Shown here: positions 19,700-32,643 of the stretch, piece after piece | Layout: every line of letters starts with the position of its first letter | Position numbering within the stretch: the first letter of the stretch is position 1 | Assembly (NCBI GenBank): GCA_010093745.1 | Contig: MU005977.1 | Coordinates: 124,116 to 188,115, forward strand | Origin: Piedraia hortae CBS 480.64 | Lineage: Eukaryota | DNA: 64,000 bases | Direction: 5' to 3' | Notes under the pieces: model-generated | The model's input: only the letters and a program-made list of their open reading frames with translations | The model's database searches: none | What the model was told of the DNA's origin: nothing | Position numbers and translations under genes: made by a program

Positions 19700-20300
19700 C
19701 TGACCTTATGGTTCACACGTGCTTTGATTTGGCATGTAGAGTCCCTCATGGATACTTGATCAGGAGGGTCAAATAGACAGCAAGTGTGACCAGAAGTAAA
19801 ATCGCAGTCGGAGTTGTACTTTGCACTGGCTTGGACTTCTGGAGTAGGCGGAGGTAAACGGCCAATAATGAGCCCGCGACCCCCAAGAAGAAAAAGATGG
19901 CCTCCTTGCTGTACTGGAACCACATGGTGCCGGGGGACATAAATAGCCGGTTGCCTACCTGCAGCATTTTTCTGCCGAGTCTAACATAGAAGATCTGCAC
20001 GACCGGCCCCAGGAGCTGGGACTCCGCAAGTTGCCGATGGTGATGGCGAACAGACGGGGGGAAATGTCAAGGCAGGCTGTCACAATGGATGTGGTCTTCT
20101 TTCCGGCCATGTGCATTTACATGGGATCGACGAGGATCGAGAGGCAGGCCACGGCGATGAGGGAGTACTGTTCCCAATTTCTCAGGTCTCAGCTGCCAAA
20201 CACGACTCCCAGTAGCTTGCTCCATGAGCGTCTGGCAAGATATGACTGGGATGCCGGCGAAGATTTTTCATGCTTGGTACGCTTGCAGTCAGAGTGCCAT
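19700..20300 (-). pseudogene. Possible decayed membrane-protein gene
   Basis: Coding-like, hydrophobic frames (WEQYSLIAVACLSILVDP; PGTMWFQYSKEAIFFFLGVAGSLLAVY; AILLLVTLAVYLTLLIKYP) broken by stops and a frameshift; family not recognised. Confidence 0.3.
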
Positions 20301-20716
20301 CGATTGGCGCTGGGAGACTCTGTAGCCAGAGAGGATGTTGCGAGCGAATGAAGGGTCATCTTGATAGCTTGCTTGAAATTGGTGGTAAAGCAGCGGCGGA
20401 ACTGATGGTTTGAGTGAAAGTGAGTGACAAGAAGTTTGGAAGAATGGTGGAAAATTATGGTGGTTTCTTGGCACCATTGACTAGTGTGGCGCTAGCGCTA
20501 ATCGTGTCACCATATTTGCGCTCAGGACCCAGCTAAATCTCATGATGGAGCCTTGGCACCTCCAAAAGGTCAGATCGATCTTTCGAGGTAAATCATCCTC
20601 GTGGACGGCGGGTAACGTCTCGAAAATTTCACTACACCAACACAGAGACAAACTCAGCAGGAACGTTTTCAACATTATGGTATCACAATTAACAAACAAA
20701 CAGCAGAGCACCTAGA

Positions 20717-22471
20717 CTAGAATATGGAGCCCTTTCGCTCGACTCCATCCGCGAGCTCCGTATCGAGCTTGTCGCCCGAAATGCCCATTTCCTGTGCAAA
20801 CGTCGTGTGCGGCCTCCACTTGGCCGATGTGCGCGGTGTCGTCTCTTCCATCATCTTGTCGACTTGTTCGAGAGAAAGACCCTGGAATTTCGTTAGTCAT
20901 CACATAATCATCATGAATTTTGTAAGCTTACCTTCGTCTCCGGCACGAGGAAATAGGCATAGACACAGGCAATGGTGCAGAGGACACCCCAGACGAAGAA
21001 GACGCTGGATTGCAGGTTTCCCTCATCGGTGTTGACCATGTATGGAGTGATGACGGTGATGATGGTATTCCAGAGCCAGTTGGAGGCTGTTGACAGGGCA
21101 ACACCGCGAGAGCGAATGGGCAGAGGGAAAATTTCGCCAATGACGATCCATGCACCAGGACCCCAGGTCGACGCGAAGAAGAAGATGAAGAAGCAGATAA
21201 ATGCAATCTGCGCGTTGACGGCCGGGATGTTGTTGGCGAAGAGGGTTGCCGTTCCATCCACCATCTGCGTGTGGTGTTTGTTGAAGCCGACAGTGACACC
21301 AACAATGGCTACGATGAACTGGCAAATCAACATGCCGAGTGCACCCCAGATCAGCAGTGGTCGACGACCGAGTTTCTCAACCGTGTAGAACGAAATTGGC
21401 GTCGAGCAAACGTTGATAATGGTAAAGATGATGGAGATGAGGAACGTGTTGCTGATGGCGTGCGTAGACTGCAGGAACGGCGTGGAAAAGTAGAATATCT
21501 GTTGACTTTGTTAGTCTCGCCTCAGCTGCAAATGCATGGAATAAACCTACAAAGTTGACGCCCGTCCATTGCTGCATCATCTGCAGAGAAGTTCCGAGAA
21601 TAGTCTTGCGGAGATTGGAGTTCGACTTGAATAGAGATCCCTTGAAGCAGTTCATCCAGCCGCCGATCCAGCTAGTTGCGGGAATAAGAGAGCGCTCGTA
21701 TTCCTCGTTGGCAATGATCTCAGCAAGCTCAGCCTCGACATACTCGCTGTCACCTGGCTGGCCGCGAAGACGGGCGAGAGAACGACGGGCTTGCTCAACG
21801 CGGCCACGCTTGATGAAGAAGCGGGGTGAGTCGGGCAAGAACAAAAGTCCCGTGCCGAGGACAAGACCAAAGATGAACTGGATGGCAATTGGAACGCGAT
21901 AAGATGCCGTGTCCTTGTATGTGCGCGTTCCGTAGTCGATGCACGATGCCAACATGAGACCAATGGTAATGCAGAATTGATATCCGGCGACCAACGCACC
22001 ACGAACTTTGCGAGGGCAAATCTCAGACATGTACAGAATGACAATGGCTGATTCGAAGCCGACTCCGAAACCAGCGATCAAACGACCAGCGACGATAAGA
22101 CCGAGACCTTGAGACTGGGCCGTTTGGATGGCAACGCCAATAATATAGATGATGCAGCCAGTTATAATGGTCCATTTGCGGCCAATGAAGTCTGAAAGGT
22201 CACCGGCAATGAGAGCTCCAAAGAATGTACCGCAAGACAGAATCGACACAATCAACGACAGATGGGGACCAGTGAGCTCCGTTGCACTTGGATTGTTCTC
22301 GACCCTGGTGTAAAATGATTCCATGCCATTGACGCCGTTAATGTATCCAGAATCATATCCGAAGAAGATTCCACCAAACGAAGCGAACGCACACAGCAGA
22401 TAGGCCTTCCATGTTACGGGAGCTTCGACCCGATCGACGTTTGCCGTTGCAGTAATGGTGCCCCCAGGCAT
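20717..22471 (-). CDS. MFS sugar porter, high-affinity glucose/monosaccharide transporter-like; 2 introns
   Basis: MPGG..VEAPVTWKAYLLCAFASFGGIFFGYDSG, DFIGRK, ILYMSEICPRKVRG, PDSPR, QQWTGVNF, GEIFPLPIRSRG, PETKGLSLEQVD. Confidence 0.92.
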
Positions 22472-23529
22472 TTTGACGGTAGATAAGTCTGAGAGGAAGG
22501 GGAGACAAAAGGACAGAGATTCGTAGGCGGGGTGAGAAGAAATACAAATACCAACCTGGGGGAGACCACGCGGGGGAGCACTGACCACGGTAGGGTTTCC
22601 CCACAACCCGATTTCCTAATGCGGCAAGGCTTTCGCGTCTGTCAACCCGCTTCCCCAGGGCAACCAGGGTCGGAAAAGTCGCTAGAGCAACTCTTTGAAA
22701 AATGTTAGATGCATTCTCTTCATCTTCCAGGCACGACTGTCGAGCATGCACGGTACGTTGCATCCCGCGTGCACGCTCGCAGCACACTGCGCTGTGTCAG
22801 CCTTTGTGTCGCCCCCCGCAATCGGAATCCACGCCGCTCTCCCGCAGAGAGGATCCGGAATGGCCGAGGCCAAGGATCGTTTTCCCCCGTCACCTGCTAA
22901 CGTGGCCACGTGATGTTCATCCAATCAGCTTTCAGGATTTGCCTCCGCTGACTCCCCAACTGGGCGGGGCCACCTCGTGTCACCCTCATTTACGCCTTCA
23001 TCTGCCTTTCGCTTCGAGCAGGTGGCACAACGCCTGCGCTGTCGAACGGGTTTGTCCCCCCTTATTCCAGCTGGCCACATCTGAACGCTTACTGACTCGA
23101 GCGCGCCGTTTCGGACAAGCCGAGGAATGCTCTTTTCGCGGTTGCAATCGGTTGTAATTCGCGTCGCCGTTTTTGAGCAGTAGGCCACACGAGACATATC
23201 AAAGGCATTCGGTAAAACGTATAGCCCTGGCGCTGTAAGCCGCCAACGTGTTATAGGTTGGAACTGTCAGCAGCCAATGTCATATCCTGGCTTCTCAGCC
23301 CATTTTAGGATTGCTTGTAAGCGAGATGTTGTAGCAGGAAAAAGACTGTTTAGGAACCAGGCAAGGTAAGGTGGTCTAAACATGGCATTTCCTGGCCGCC
23401 ACAAGCCACTGGGAATATAATACATAGGAAAGAGAACATGGCAAATCTCGTAACTCCGTTCCTCATCACCGAATCCATGTTAAACACAGGCCAGAAGTGA
23501 AGAGCTAGCCGCAACTAGCTCAGGGGGAG

Positions 23530-25166
23530 TCAATCGCCCAGCTTCTGATCAATAGAGTTCATCCTCGTGATTTCCTCGAGGGACTTGCCCCGAGTCTCTG
23601 TCAACGCGAACCACGAAAATGCAGCGATGGCGAGATCGAATATGCCCCAAAGCAAAAAGGTTCCCCACTTCATGTCGCGAATCATATAAGGTGTAGTGAG
23701 GGTAAAGACGAAGCTGAAAAGCCACTGACTGGCCACACCCATGGCGATGCCAGGCTCACGGGTCCGCGTCGGGAAGATCTCGGCAACGTATGGCCAGGGC
23801 AACGGTCCCCATGAGAAGTTGTAGCCAATAACGAAGAGATAAATCAGTGCAATGGTCGCAATACCCGAAGAAGTGATGGTGCCGTCGCCCTCGGCTGGAT
23901 GCGTGCGTACAACGGCAGCGGTGCTGATTTGACAAATGGCCATGAAGATGGCTCCCAACGTCAAGATTAATCTCCGGCCAACGCGATCGGCGACGAGTAG
24001 AATGAATGCAGCGCAAGCGACCACCTTGATGGCGCCAAAGATTGCCGTGAGTAGAAGATTCGAATTGCCCTTGTTGCCAACGAGCAACTTAAAGTACTGT
24101 GGACCGTAATAGGCAAAGGCTGTGGCACCGGTAGCCTGTTGGCAAGTAAAGACCGCGATGGCGGTGAGCGTGCGACGCACGTTTGGGCCACGCACCATCT
24201 CAGTCATGTGGAAACCCTCTCGGGCTAACGCCTCGTGCTCGACGCCACGCTGGATTTCCTCCATCTCACGCTGAACGGCGGAACCATCGTCGGCCCGGAT
24301 CCACTTCAAGCTTTCCCAAGCCTGGTCGTGGTGACCACGTGCAGTGAGCCAACGAGCGGACTCTTTGAGGGTGAACATGCCAAGGCCAAGAAGAGCAGCC
24401 CAGAGGATCTGAAGGCCGACGGGAATCATCCACATGGAGGATGAAGTTTTGGGATAGTTGCGAGCCACACCCCAGTCAACCCAGTAGGACACGAAGATAC
24501 CTGTCGTCCGTCAGTTGCGCCACAGAAACAATAATCATGAAACGACGAACCCAAAGTGAACATGAGCTGGAAAAGAGATCCAACCTGGCCACGAATCTCC
24601 TTGGGTGTCATCTCGCTGCTGTACATGGGAACGACGACACTGGCACCGCCGAGACCCAGGCCGGCAATCACGCGTCCGACGTAAAAGACGGAGCGAGAGT
24701 GCGACTTGACCGTTTGCATGATTGCGCCAATGCAGAAGATAAAACTGCAGATGGCAATGGCACGCCGACGACCAAGGCGTTGCGTAAACGGCCATATGCA
24801 AAAGCAAGCGACAAATGCACCCAACTGCTGCAAGGACACGACCATGGCAGACACAAATGTCTTGTCATGCTTGGAAAAACCAAAGTCGCGCTGAAACGAA
24901 GACATGGTCAGCACACCTCCGGCAATCCCAGAGTCATAGCCAACTATCGAGAGTCAGTTTGTGAGGGTGGCGAGGTAGGTGGAAGGCCTACATAGAAAGC
25001 CGCCCATGCAGACGACTGCACCGAGCCAGTACGCGCGAAGTCGACCGAGCGGCATCATGCCCTGATGATCTGCCTCACGACAGACCGACTTGTTGGAAGT
25101 GTTATCGTCAAAGGGGGATGAAGGGTAGAAGTGGGCAGCGGCGCCATCTTTCATAGGTTCAGCCAT
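23530..25166 (-). CDS. MFS sugar porter (quinate-permease-like); 2 introns
   Basis: AYWLGAVVCMGGFL|FGYDSGIAGG, LGRR, PMYSSEMTPKEIRG, QQATGATAFAYY, WPYVAEIFPTRTR, ETRGKSLEE. Confidence 0.88.
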
Positions 25167-26807
25167 GGCGGCGGACTTGAAGATGCAGGGACAAGCACTT
25201 TCACGCCACAAGCTGCAGGTGGGTTAAGTAGTACATATGCATGCGCGGGACGAGAAAGCTCAGGGGCGGGTCGTGATGGACTCGAGGGCTGGGGAATGCC
25301 AGGGATATGTCTCGACCCTGGCGATCCAGAGGACGCCACAGGCCATTGCGTGATAAGCAGTGAGAGAGATTGCCTACTGGCATTGGGAGGGACGACTTGA
25401 GATTACGGTAAAACGCCCCACGTACAAGGAACCCAGTCATTACAACGGGGGCCAACTGTATGGCCACGTCCCTCCCCCCGTCCTGCGGCCAGTGCTAGTG
25501 CATACACGTGATCTTATTCGCTCACGCCCCCGTGCCACGTGTTTTTATTTCCTTCGTGCGTGATTTTGGCTTTGCTCACTCTGGCGATCGGGCGCACCAT
25601 TGCACCCACAGTGTGGGATCTGGGACGCTGACCTGGCCTGTAGCAAGCGAGTTATATGCTTAGTTACATGTTCGACTTCCGAAAGGGGGCGGGTTTTTTT
25701 CCTCGTGGAGTTCCACGTCCTTCCCCGGATGTCTTGGAGATCAGCAGATCAGCGGGTCGGGGGATTTGCTATCACGACAGGACAACCTTCCCCAACAGGT
25801 GCCTTCCGTGAACGACGCAAGGTCGGTGAATGTAGCAGGGCTGCCGGAAGACGCCCTACAACGTCTACTAGCGTCCGATAGCTGATGTTCTGCAGCCGTT
25901 GTGCTGGCTCAGATTGGGTCGTTTTTGCTCTTTTGTATGATAAAATCGTCACTCGGGTCTAGCCAATAATAGAGTTGCCAAGTTTTCTTCGCGACACCTG
26001 TGAAGCACCTTTTTGCAAAGTCTCCAATCAAGCGGGTTTTACAAACTTCCCAGCCGTCTTTGCCACTCCGACGGTCTAGACAGCCGTTGTAACAGCTCCT
26101 CTGTAGCCAGTGCGCGCGCTGTTAAGTGTCTATGAGACTTTGATTGCGATAAAACACCTGCACCAATCAGATGCACGTGCCTGACGTGCAGATGCTAATG
26201 GCGGTGTAAAGGGCAACAATAAGCGGTTGACTCTCTCTACTGCAAGTCGGAGGCACGCAACTACAGCCAACCGCATAAAGGGGATCGCTCCAACAATTTG
26301 TGGGGGATTATCATGTCAATATGCACGTTCACCTGTCGGATTATTTCTGGCACCCTCGCAATTGCCGAACTGGTGAATTGCGCTCGGCATGTGATTCGGG
26401 CACTACATTGCTATGTACACCCGGATCCAAGCCATGAAAATGTATCAGAGGGGAATGACGAGCGCCACTGTTCACTCTCCCTAGACCACAGTTCACTCGC
26501 AACGATTATCAGTTTAAACGGTGGGTTACGTGCTCTAGTTCCACCGTAACTACTTGCTCGGACACCACGCACTGCAGTTTGTTCTGCAGGTAATCAGTAC
26601 GTGCTGAATCCAATCAGAGAAGGTTCCCGACAAGGCGGTCAGTTTTGGGTTGATCTCAAAGGGAGTGCAGATTGCATGAAAGAATGGAGACGGTGTCTTG
26701 CCTCAGCCTTGAGTCTACGGGCACTTTAGCTCCGATGGCATCATCCAGCCATCATGTGATAACTCCTCACTCTGTCCAGGAGTGATGGATAGGTGGAATG
26801 GTAGAAT

Positions 26808-28631
26808 ATGCCTCCAAATTTCCTGATTATTGTAGCAGATGACCTTGGGTTCTCGGATTTGTCCTGCTTCGGCGGTGAAATCCAAACTCCCAATCTTGAC
26901 CGTCTGGCGTCCAAAGGGCTTCGGTTTACCGATTTCCATGCGGCGGCAGCATGTTCCCCTTCGCGGGCCATGTTGATGACGGGCACGGATCATCATATTG
27001 CAGGCCTGGGCAATTTGATTGAATGGACAAACCGAAGTGACCAAAATGCTCCGTCTGAGGGCGAGATCCAGCATTGGAGCACTGCGCCGCAACGGGGTAT
27101 GCCAGGGTACGAGGGCTATCTCAACGACAAGGTCGTAACGTTACCCGAACTTCTCCGTGATGCAGGTTACCTTACCCTGATATCCGGAAAGTGGCATCTT
27201 GGTCTCACGCCGGAACGGTTCCCTGACAAGAGGGGATTCGAGCGCAGCTTCGCCCACCTTCCCGCTTGTAGCAACCACTATGGCTACGAACCGCAGATGC
27301 CTGGCGGTGATAGCGAAATTCCGGCCTTTATGACCATGAGTTATATAGCTCTCCATAGCGAGGACGGGCAATATGTCAAAGATCTTCCCAAAGACTGGTA
27401 CAGCAGCAATGGCTACGGTGACAAGATGTTCACATATCTCAAAGAACGGCGAGAACAGGGCGACAAGCGTCCATTCTTTGCCTACCTCCCCTTTACCGCT
27501 CCACACTGGCCTCTACAGGCCCCAGAGGAGTACGTAGCCCATTATCGTGGTGTCTACGATTCCGGACCCGAAGCCCTCCGCCAACGTCGCTTGGCACGAA
27601 TGAAGGAAATGGGCCTCTGTCCTCCTGATGTTGTTCCCCATCCCGTCGTCGCCGATGAAGTGAAGCCATGGTCCGAACTCTCCGAGTTAGAAAAGACCAA
27701 GAGCTGCCGGGCCATGGAGGTATTTGCCGGGATGGTCGAATGCATCGACGCAAACGTGGGCAAAGTCCTCGCCGAGATCGAAAAAAGCGGCGAGCTTGAC
27801 AACACCATGGTTTGTTTCATGTCTGACAACGGGGCTGAGGGCGCAGCGTATGAGGCATATCCCATTGTGCAGAGCACGATGCTGGAGCATTTGCAAAAAT
27901 ACTATGACAACTCTCTCGACAACCTCGGTCGCGGCAACAGTTTTATTTGGTACGGCCCCCGGTGGGCTCAGGCCGCGACGGCACCCAGCAGGCTATACAA
28001 GGCCTTTACGACCGAGGGGGGCGTTCGCGTCCCGTTCCTGACACAGATGCCAGACAAGTTCCGCTGTGACGAAGGAGGCATCTCGAACACCTTCACCACG
28101 ATCATGGATCTCGCCCCCACCATCCTCGAAATGGCCGGCGTGAAACATCCCTCGCCGGACGGCAAGGGGACTTATCACGGCCATCCCGTCGTCTCAATGC
28201 GCGGCGTCAGCATGCTGCCGTATCTCTCCGGCCAGTCCCCCTCGGTCCATCCTACGGATTTTATCCAGGGATGGGAAACGTGCGGTCGCGCTGCGGTGCG
28301 CAAGGGCGATTATAAGATCGTCTTCATCCCCCGTCCCAAGGGCCCCGAGCGGTGGCAGCTGTATGATCTGTCAAAAGATCCCGGTGAGGTTAATGATCTA
28401 GCTGACAAGCAGCCTGAGAAACTCAAAGAGTTGATCAAGCTGTGGGATCAATATGTGCTCGAAACGGGCGTTGTGCCGCTCGCGCCGGCCCTAGGGAAGT
28501 GGCTGCAGGCTACAGAGGAGCAAATGCGTGAAGACGTTTGGATGGAATATGAGTATTGGAAGGACGGCGCGAGGGAAAATCCCGAGGCTTTTCGTAAAAG
28601 TCCTTGGAAGGCGACTCACACAATCGGTTAG
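26808..28631 (+). CDS. Cys-type (formylglycine) arylsulfatase, AtsA-like, intronless, no signal peptide
   Basis: PNFLIIVADDLGFSD, CSPSRAMLMTG (CxPxR), GKWHLG, APHWPLQAP, SDNG, EGGVRVP, WQLYDLSKDPGE. Confidence 0.93.
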   Translation: MPPNFLIIVADDLGFSDLSCFGGEIQTPNLDRLASKGLRFTDFHAAAACSPSRAMLMTGTDHHIAGLGNLIEWTNRSDQNAPSEGEIQHWSTAPQRGMPGYEGYLNDKVVTLPELLRDAGYLTLISGKWHLGLTPERFPDKRGFERSFAHLPACSNHYGYEPQMPGGDSEIPAFMTMSYIALHSEDGQYVKDLPKDWYSSNGYGDKMFTYLKERREQGDKRPFFAYLPFTAPHWPLQAPEEYVAHYRGVYDSGPEALRQRRLARMKEMGLCPPDVVPHPVVADEVKPWSELSELEKTKSCRAMEVFAGMVECIDANVGKVLAEIEKSGELDNTMVCFMSDNGAEGAAYEAYPIVQSTMLEHLQKYYDNSLDNLGRGNSFIWYGPRWAQAATAPSRLYKAFTTEGGVRVPFLTQMPDKFRCDEGGISNTFTTIMDLAPTILEMAGVKHPSPDGKGTYHGHPVVSMRGVSMLPYLSGQSPSVHPTDFIQGWETCGRAAVRKGDYKIVFIPRPKGPERWQLYDLSKDPGEVNDLADKQPEKLKELIKLWDQYVLETGVVPLAPALGKWLQATEEQMREDVWMEYEYWKDGARENPEAFRKSPWKATHTIG

Positions 28632-28716
28632 TAGATGGTATCTCATAGACATGCTGCTCTGCGGCACATAACTTCGTACTCTCCTACTTCGTATATGTAT
28701 AGGTCTTGGATATGGA

Positions 28717-30696
28717 CTATGTCTTCTTCATCTGCTTCATGAGCGCCGCGAGTCCACCGCCTCGAGTATTTGAGGCCGAGACGACAATGTTACCATGCTT
28801 TCTGAGATCAGCACTATGTTCAACGCGTCGGGTGAGGAACATGGACGCGTTTTGGCCTCGTTGCTGCATTATGCGGGACACTTCGTCCTTGTAAGCCTGT
28901 TCGTAGATCTCCATACCCGCGCCAGGCGGGCTTTCGCTTATGATGGGCGGATCAGGATATTGGTCGTCATCATGATCATAATTGTCTTTGCCAGGTCCAA
29001 TGTTCAGAATCAAGGTATCCAAGAGGGGGTTACGGGCATGGCCCTTTGCGCTCTCGTTCACACTAAACGTCCGCGCGCGCTCCAAAGCGCGGGGAAAAGT
29101 CTTTGCGCGCTGTATTTTCGGGTCGATCCCGGGTCCTGGCTGCGGCGGCGCACTGTCTTTTCGGCGAAGGACTGGCCTGAAGTTGCCGACTTCGATCTCC
29201 GGAGGACTTCGAATCGCCATCTGGTCCCCTCCGGCTGGTAGTCTTTGCAGGTTATCATCTACTTTGACATTTCTGTGCACGCCTTCGGTTACCAGAATCT
29301 TGTCGTACGGTCGACGGTCATGCGTGTCAGCACTCCGGCTGGTGTGGCTGCTGCGCGGCGGCGTGCTCTCGCGCGAGCTACGGCTTCGCTGAAGCAGGTT
29401 CTTGAAGCGGTTCACGGCCTTCATAACGACAAACAGCTGGGCCATGTTCCCAGTAATGGCGTGGTCCATCTCAGCCTCTGTAGGCGGCTCAACGAGATCG
29501 GCACAGTTTTCCTCCTCCGACACCATTGGTTCCTTGCCAGAGTTGGTCACCCATGGATGGTTCTGACCGTCAGCTACACGAATGGTTCGTCAAGACGCAG
29601 ATGCACTTACCCGAAGCTCGTCCATTGTGATTCGTTTGTCAGGATTCTTCTCCAGCAGTCGACACATGAGATCGGCAAACGACTTGTCCTCCTCGCTGTC
29701 CAGCGGCGGCTTATCGTTGCGGATGCTCTCGTACAGGTCAATGATGCTCGTCTTTCGGAAGGGGATATGGCCGTAGCGGAGACAGTACAGGGTGACGCCC
29801 ATGCTCCATATATCGGCAGCCCGACCGCTGATTTGGCCATGGCGGGCGACACAGAGCTCGGGCGGCATGAAAGCGGGGCTGCCGACCGACTTGGCCGTGG
29901 CCATGTCCGAGTCCTTTTCGAACATCTCTGACACGCCAAAGTCAACAACCTTGAGCACATCCTCGTGGTTAACGAGACAGTTGTCGGGCTTGATATCGCG
30001 GTGAACGATGCCCTGGGCGTGCAGATACTCGATGCCGAGAATCAAGTCCTGGAACCAGCAGCGGCACACCTCCTCCGAGTACGGTTCGGCTTGCTCGTCT
30101 AGCCCGACGCGCATCACGACTCCTTTTTGACAGTACTCCAGCACCATATACAGGCTGTCCTCGTGTGGATCGTCCAGCACCTCGTACAGGGCAACGAGGT
30201 TCGGGTGGTTCAGCTTCTTCATAATTGCAATCTCCTGGCGGATGAGCGCAAGGTTGTCGGATGGCAGCGGATCGCCCGAAGCTTTGCGGTGTAGCGGCGA
30301 GTTGAAGCCGACGCCCGTGCCCAGACGACGCGTTGGAGTGCGCATGAGACTCGTCTGGGCTCGCTTTCGCAGGCGCGACTTGGAAAACTCCTTCACGGCA
30401 TACTCGTTGCCAAACTGGTCGCAGGCCCAGTGTACGGCGCCGAAGCTGCCACGACCAATCTCCTGCTTGATGACATACTGGTTGATGCGGTGGACCGAGG
30501 CGCCATCGTCGTCGTTGATGCAGTAATGGGTGCGGGCATCGAGCGTTTCCTTGACCGTCTGCGACCGCGGCAGCGTCGGAATCCGGTGTTTGATTGGCGC
30601 TGCGTTGCCGGGGACAGACATATGCTTGACGGGGTGCGGACGCCGCTGGGGGTTGCCCGTCTCGGGCAGGTTAACCGTAATCCCACGTGCGGCCAT
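28717..30696 (-). CDS. Ca2+/calmodulin-dependent protein kinase kinase (CaMKK/Ssp1-like); intron 29563-29610
   Basis: HRINQYVIKQEIGRGSFGAV, AVKEFSKSRL, HRDIKPDN, DFGVS, GSPAFMPPE, then HPWVT..EENC..VEPPTE and VMKAVNRFK CaM-binding-like helix. Confidence 0.9.
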
Positions 30697-30770
30697 TGCT
30701 GGCGCGGTCACTTTTGTCGTCCGCTAACACCTATTGGGGAGTCACGTGGCGTGCTGCACTCTCCACCATC

Positions 30771-31432
30771 ATGTCTGTCTACGCTCTGTATATCTTCGAC
30801 CGGCACAGTACGTGTGGACACTGTTACGCTCCGCCCTGATTCCCCTCTTCGCGACCCCGCCCCCGCCCCTGCTCCCGCTTTTGTCACGTCGTCTCCGCCC
30901 CCCGCTGACCCCGCCAGCGGACTGCATCTACTCCAAGCGCTGGACCCAGCCGCAGCGGCCCTCCAGCGCCAATGATACGAAGCAAGTCAACGATGCGAAG
31001 CTCATCTTCGGCACCGTTTTCTCTCTGCGGCGCATAGTCGCGCAGCTGGGTGGGCCCGAGGACTCATTCCTCTCCTACCGGACCGCCGAATACAAGCTGC
31101 ACTACTTTGAGACGCCGACGCAGTTAAAGTGCGGTGCCTGTCCCACAACCTAGTAATTACCTACTGACGGCCTGCCAGGTTCGTGATGCTGACAGACCTC
31201 CGAGTGAGCAACATGCGGACCGTGCTGCATGAAATTTGGGCGCGGCTCTTTGTCGAGTACGTGGTCAAAAGCCCCTTGGTCCCTACGGGGATGCCCGGAG
31301 GCAAAGGCGTCACCAACGAAATGTTTGACGAGGGCATTACGAGATTCATTGTACGTGTGAGGAGAATTCCGGCTAGCGGCGGAAGACGGAACTGACACAT
31401 GACATCAGGACGGAATCATGTCATCGACGTAG
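30771..31432 (+). CDS. BET5: TRAPP complex subunit (sybindin/longin; TRAPPC1); 3 introns
   Basis: MSVYALYIFDRH|DCIYSKRW..DAKLIFGTVFSLR..YRTAEYKLHYFETPT..|FVMLTD..LFVEYVVKSP. Confidence 0.88.
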
Positions 31433-31736
31433 GGCTGCATCAGCCCCTCGATTCCTTCCACGTGCCCGACATCGTGTGGTGTAAGGCAAACGAACGGTAT
31501 CATTCGTCCGAAAATTCCACCAGACCAGATTCCATTATCACACTGACCTTTTACCCCCTATTTATATCTCCCCGTCCCAGCTCTAGACCATGCAAGCCCG
31601 CGTGTCAGTGCATGTATGTGAGCCCGAATCTCAGCCCGACGGTCAGCCCGACGGGATCAACTGTTCCGAACAGGGCAAGGAACAGTTTGCCATGTAAATA
31701 AACCTGTTCCCCAACCTGCCAGTCTCTATCTCAATT

Positions 31737-32066
31737 ATGAAACCAAAAACAAGCCCACCACTAAGTCCCTCAACTCCAACTCTGACCCCTCCAGCCCTTA
31801 TCCGCCAGCATTCATACACCGTTGCCACAAACAGCAGGGTCACCGCAACAGCAACCCTAGCCAGTCTCGGCTCGCGTTCTTACTCGTCGGAATATTTTTC
31901 TGACCAGCGGAGCGGGTCGTCATCTTCATCCTCATCTGAAAACCAATCCTCCTCGGCCCCATCAGATGGAAAAGAAGCCAAAGGAAACGAAATGACTCAA
32001 TGGGGTGCTTGCCATTTCAATTTTCCGGGTTACATATCCTTTCCAGACTTTGATTCCCAGTCATGA
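31737..32066 (+). CDS. Small Ser-rich hypothetical protein
   Basis: 109-aa ORF with upstream TATA-like tttatat (31561) and a GTATGT..CCAG intron-like segment before the ATG; aromatic C-terminus GYISFPDFD. Confidence 0.4.
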   Translation: MKPKTSPPLSPSTPTLTPPALIRQHSYTVATNSRVTATATLASLGSRSYSSEYFSDQRSGSSSSSSSENQSSSAPSDGKEAKGNEMTQWGACHFNFPGYISFPDFDSQS

Positions 32067-32643
32067 GAGGACAATCTGTCTGTTGAAAGGTCTGAAGGGG
32101 GAAGCTAATGATTTGGTGGATTTCATCCATGGTTCGATGATACTTTTTTTGAGGTTTCGATCAGGATTGGTGAGGTTTTTGGAGGCCCTCTTGGTTCTCT
32201 CTCTGTGCTGGATCACACCTTCCCTACGTTGCTATAGGGAAAGAGGTTGGTATTGATAGGCTTATCATTTGCGGAGGATGGGTGAGGATTGAGAGGGCTC
32301 GGGGGAAAGAAATGAATATTTACGGCAATGGGAGTTGGGCAAAAGAGCGTTTGGGTAACGAGTTTGATGTATACACGATCAAGGCGACGGTATGACTCTC
32401 AATGAAATAGAAATGACTCCACCATAAAGGTACATTTCAAATGATTCCACGCATGAAATCCAAATGATGGCTGTACACTTTCCCTACCGTTGCCAAGTGT
32501 CTGAGAAACAAATGTCAGACATGTGAACAGGGGCCCCTTGATGATACTACAATTGAAGACGAATAGCTTACAGCACCAGCCAAAATGAAATGCCGGAGCG
32601 GAGATTCAGAACGCTCAAAATGTATCATACAATGGCAGCTTCT

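Noticed and set aside
26808..28631. Recent bacterial horizontal transfer of the intronless arylsulfatase
   Set aside because: Many native genes here are intronless and AtsA-like sulfatases occur in ascomycetes; needs a phylogeny.
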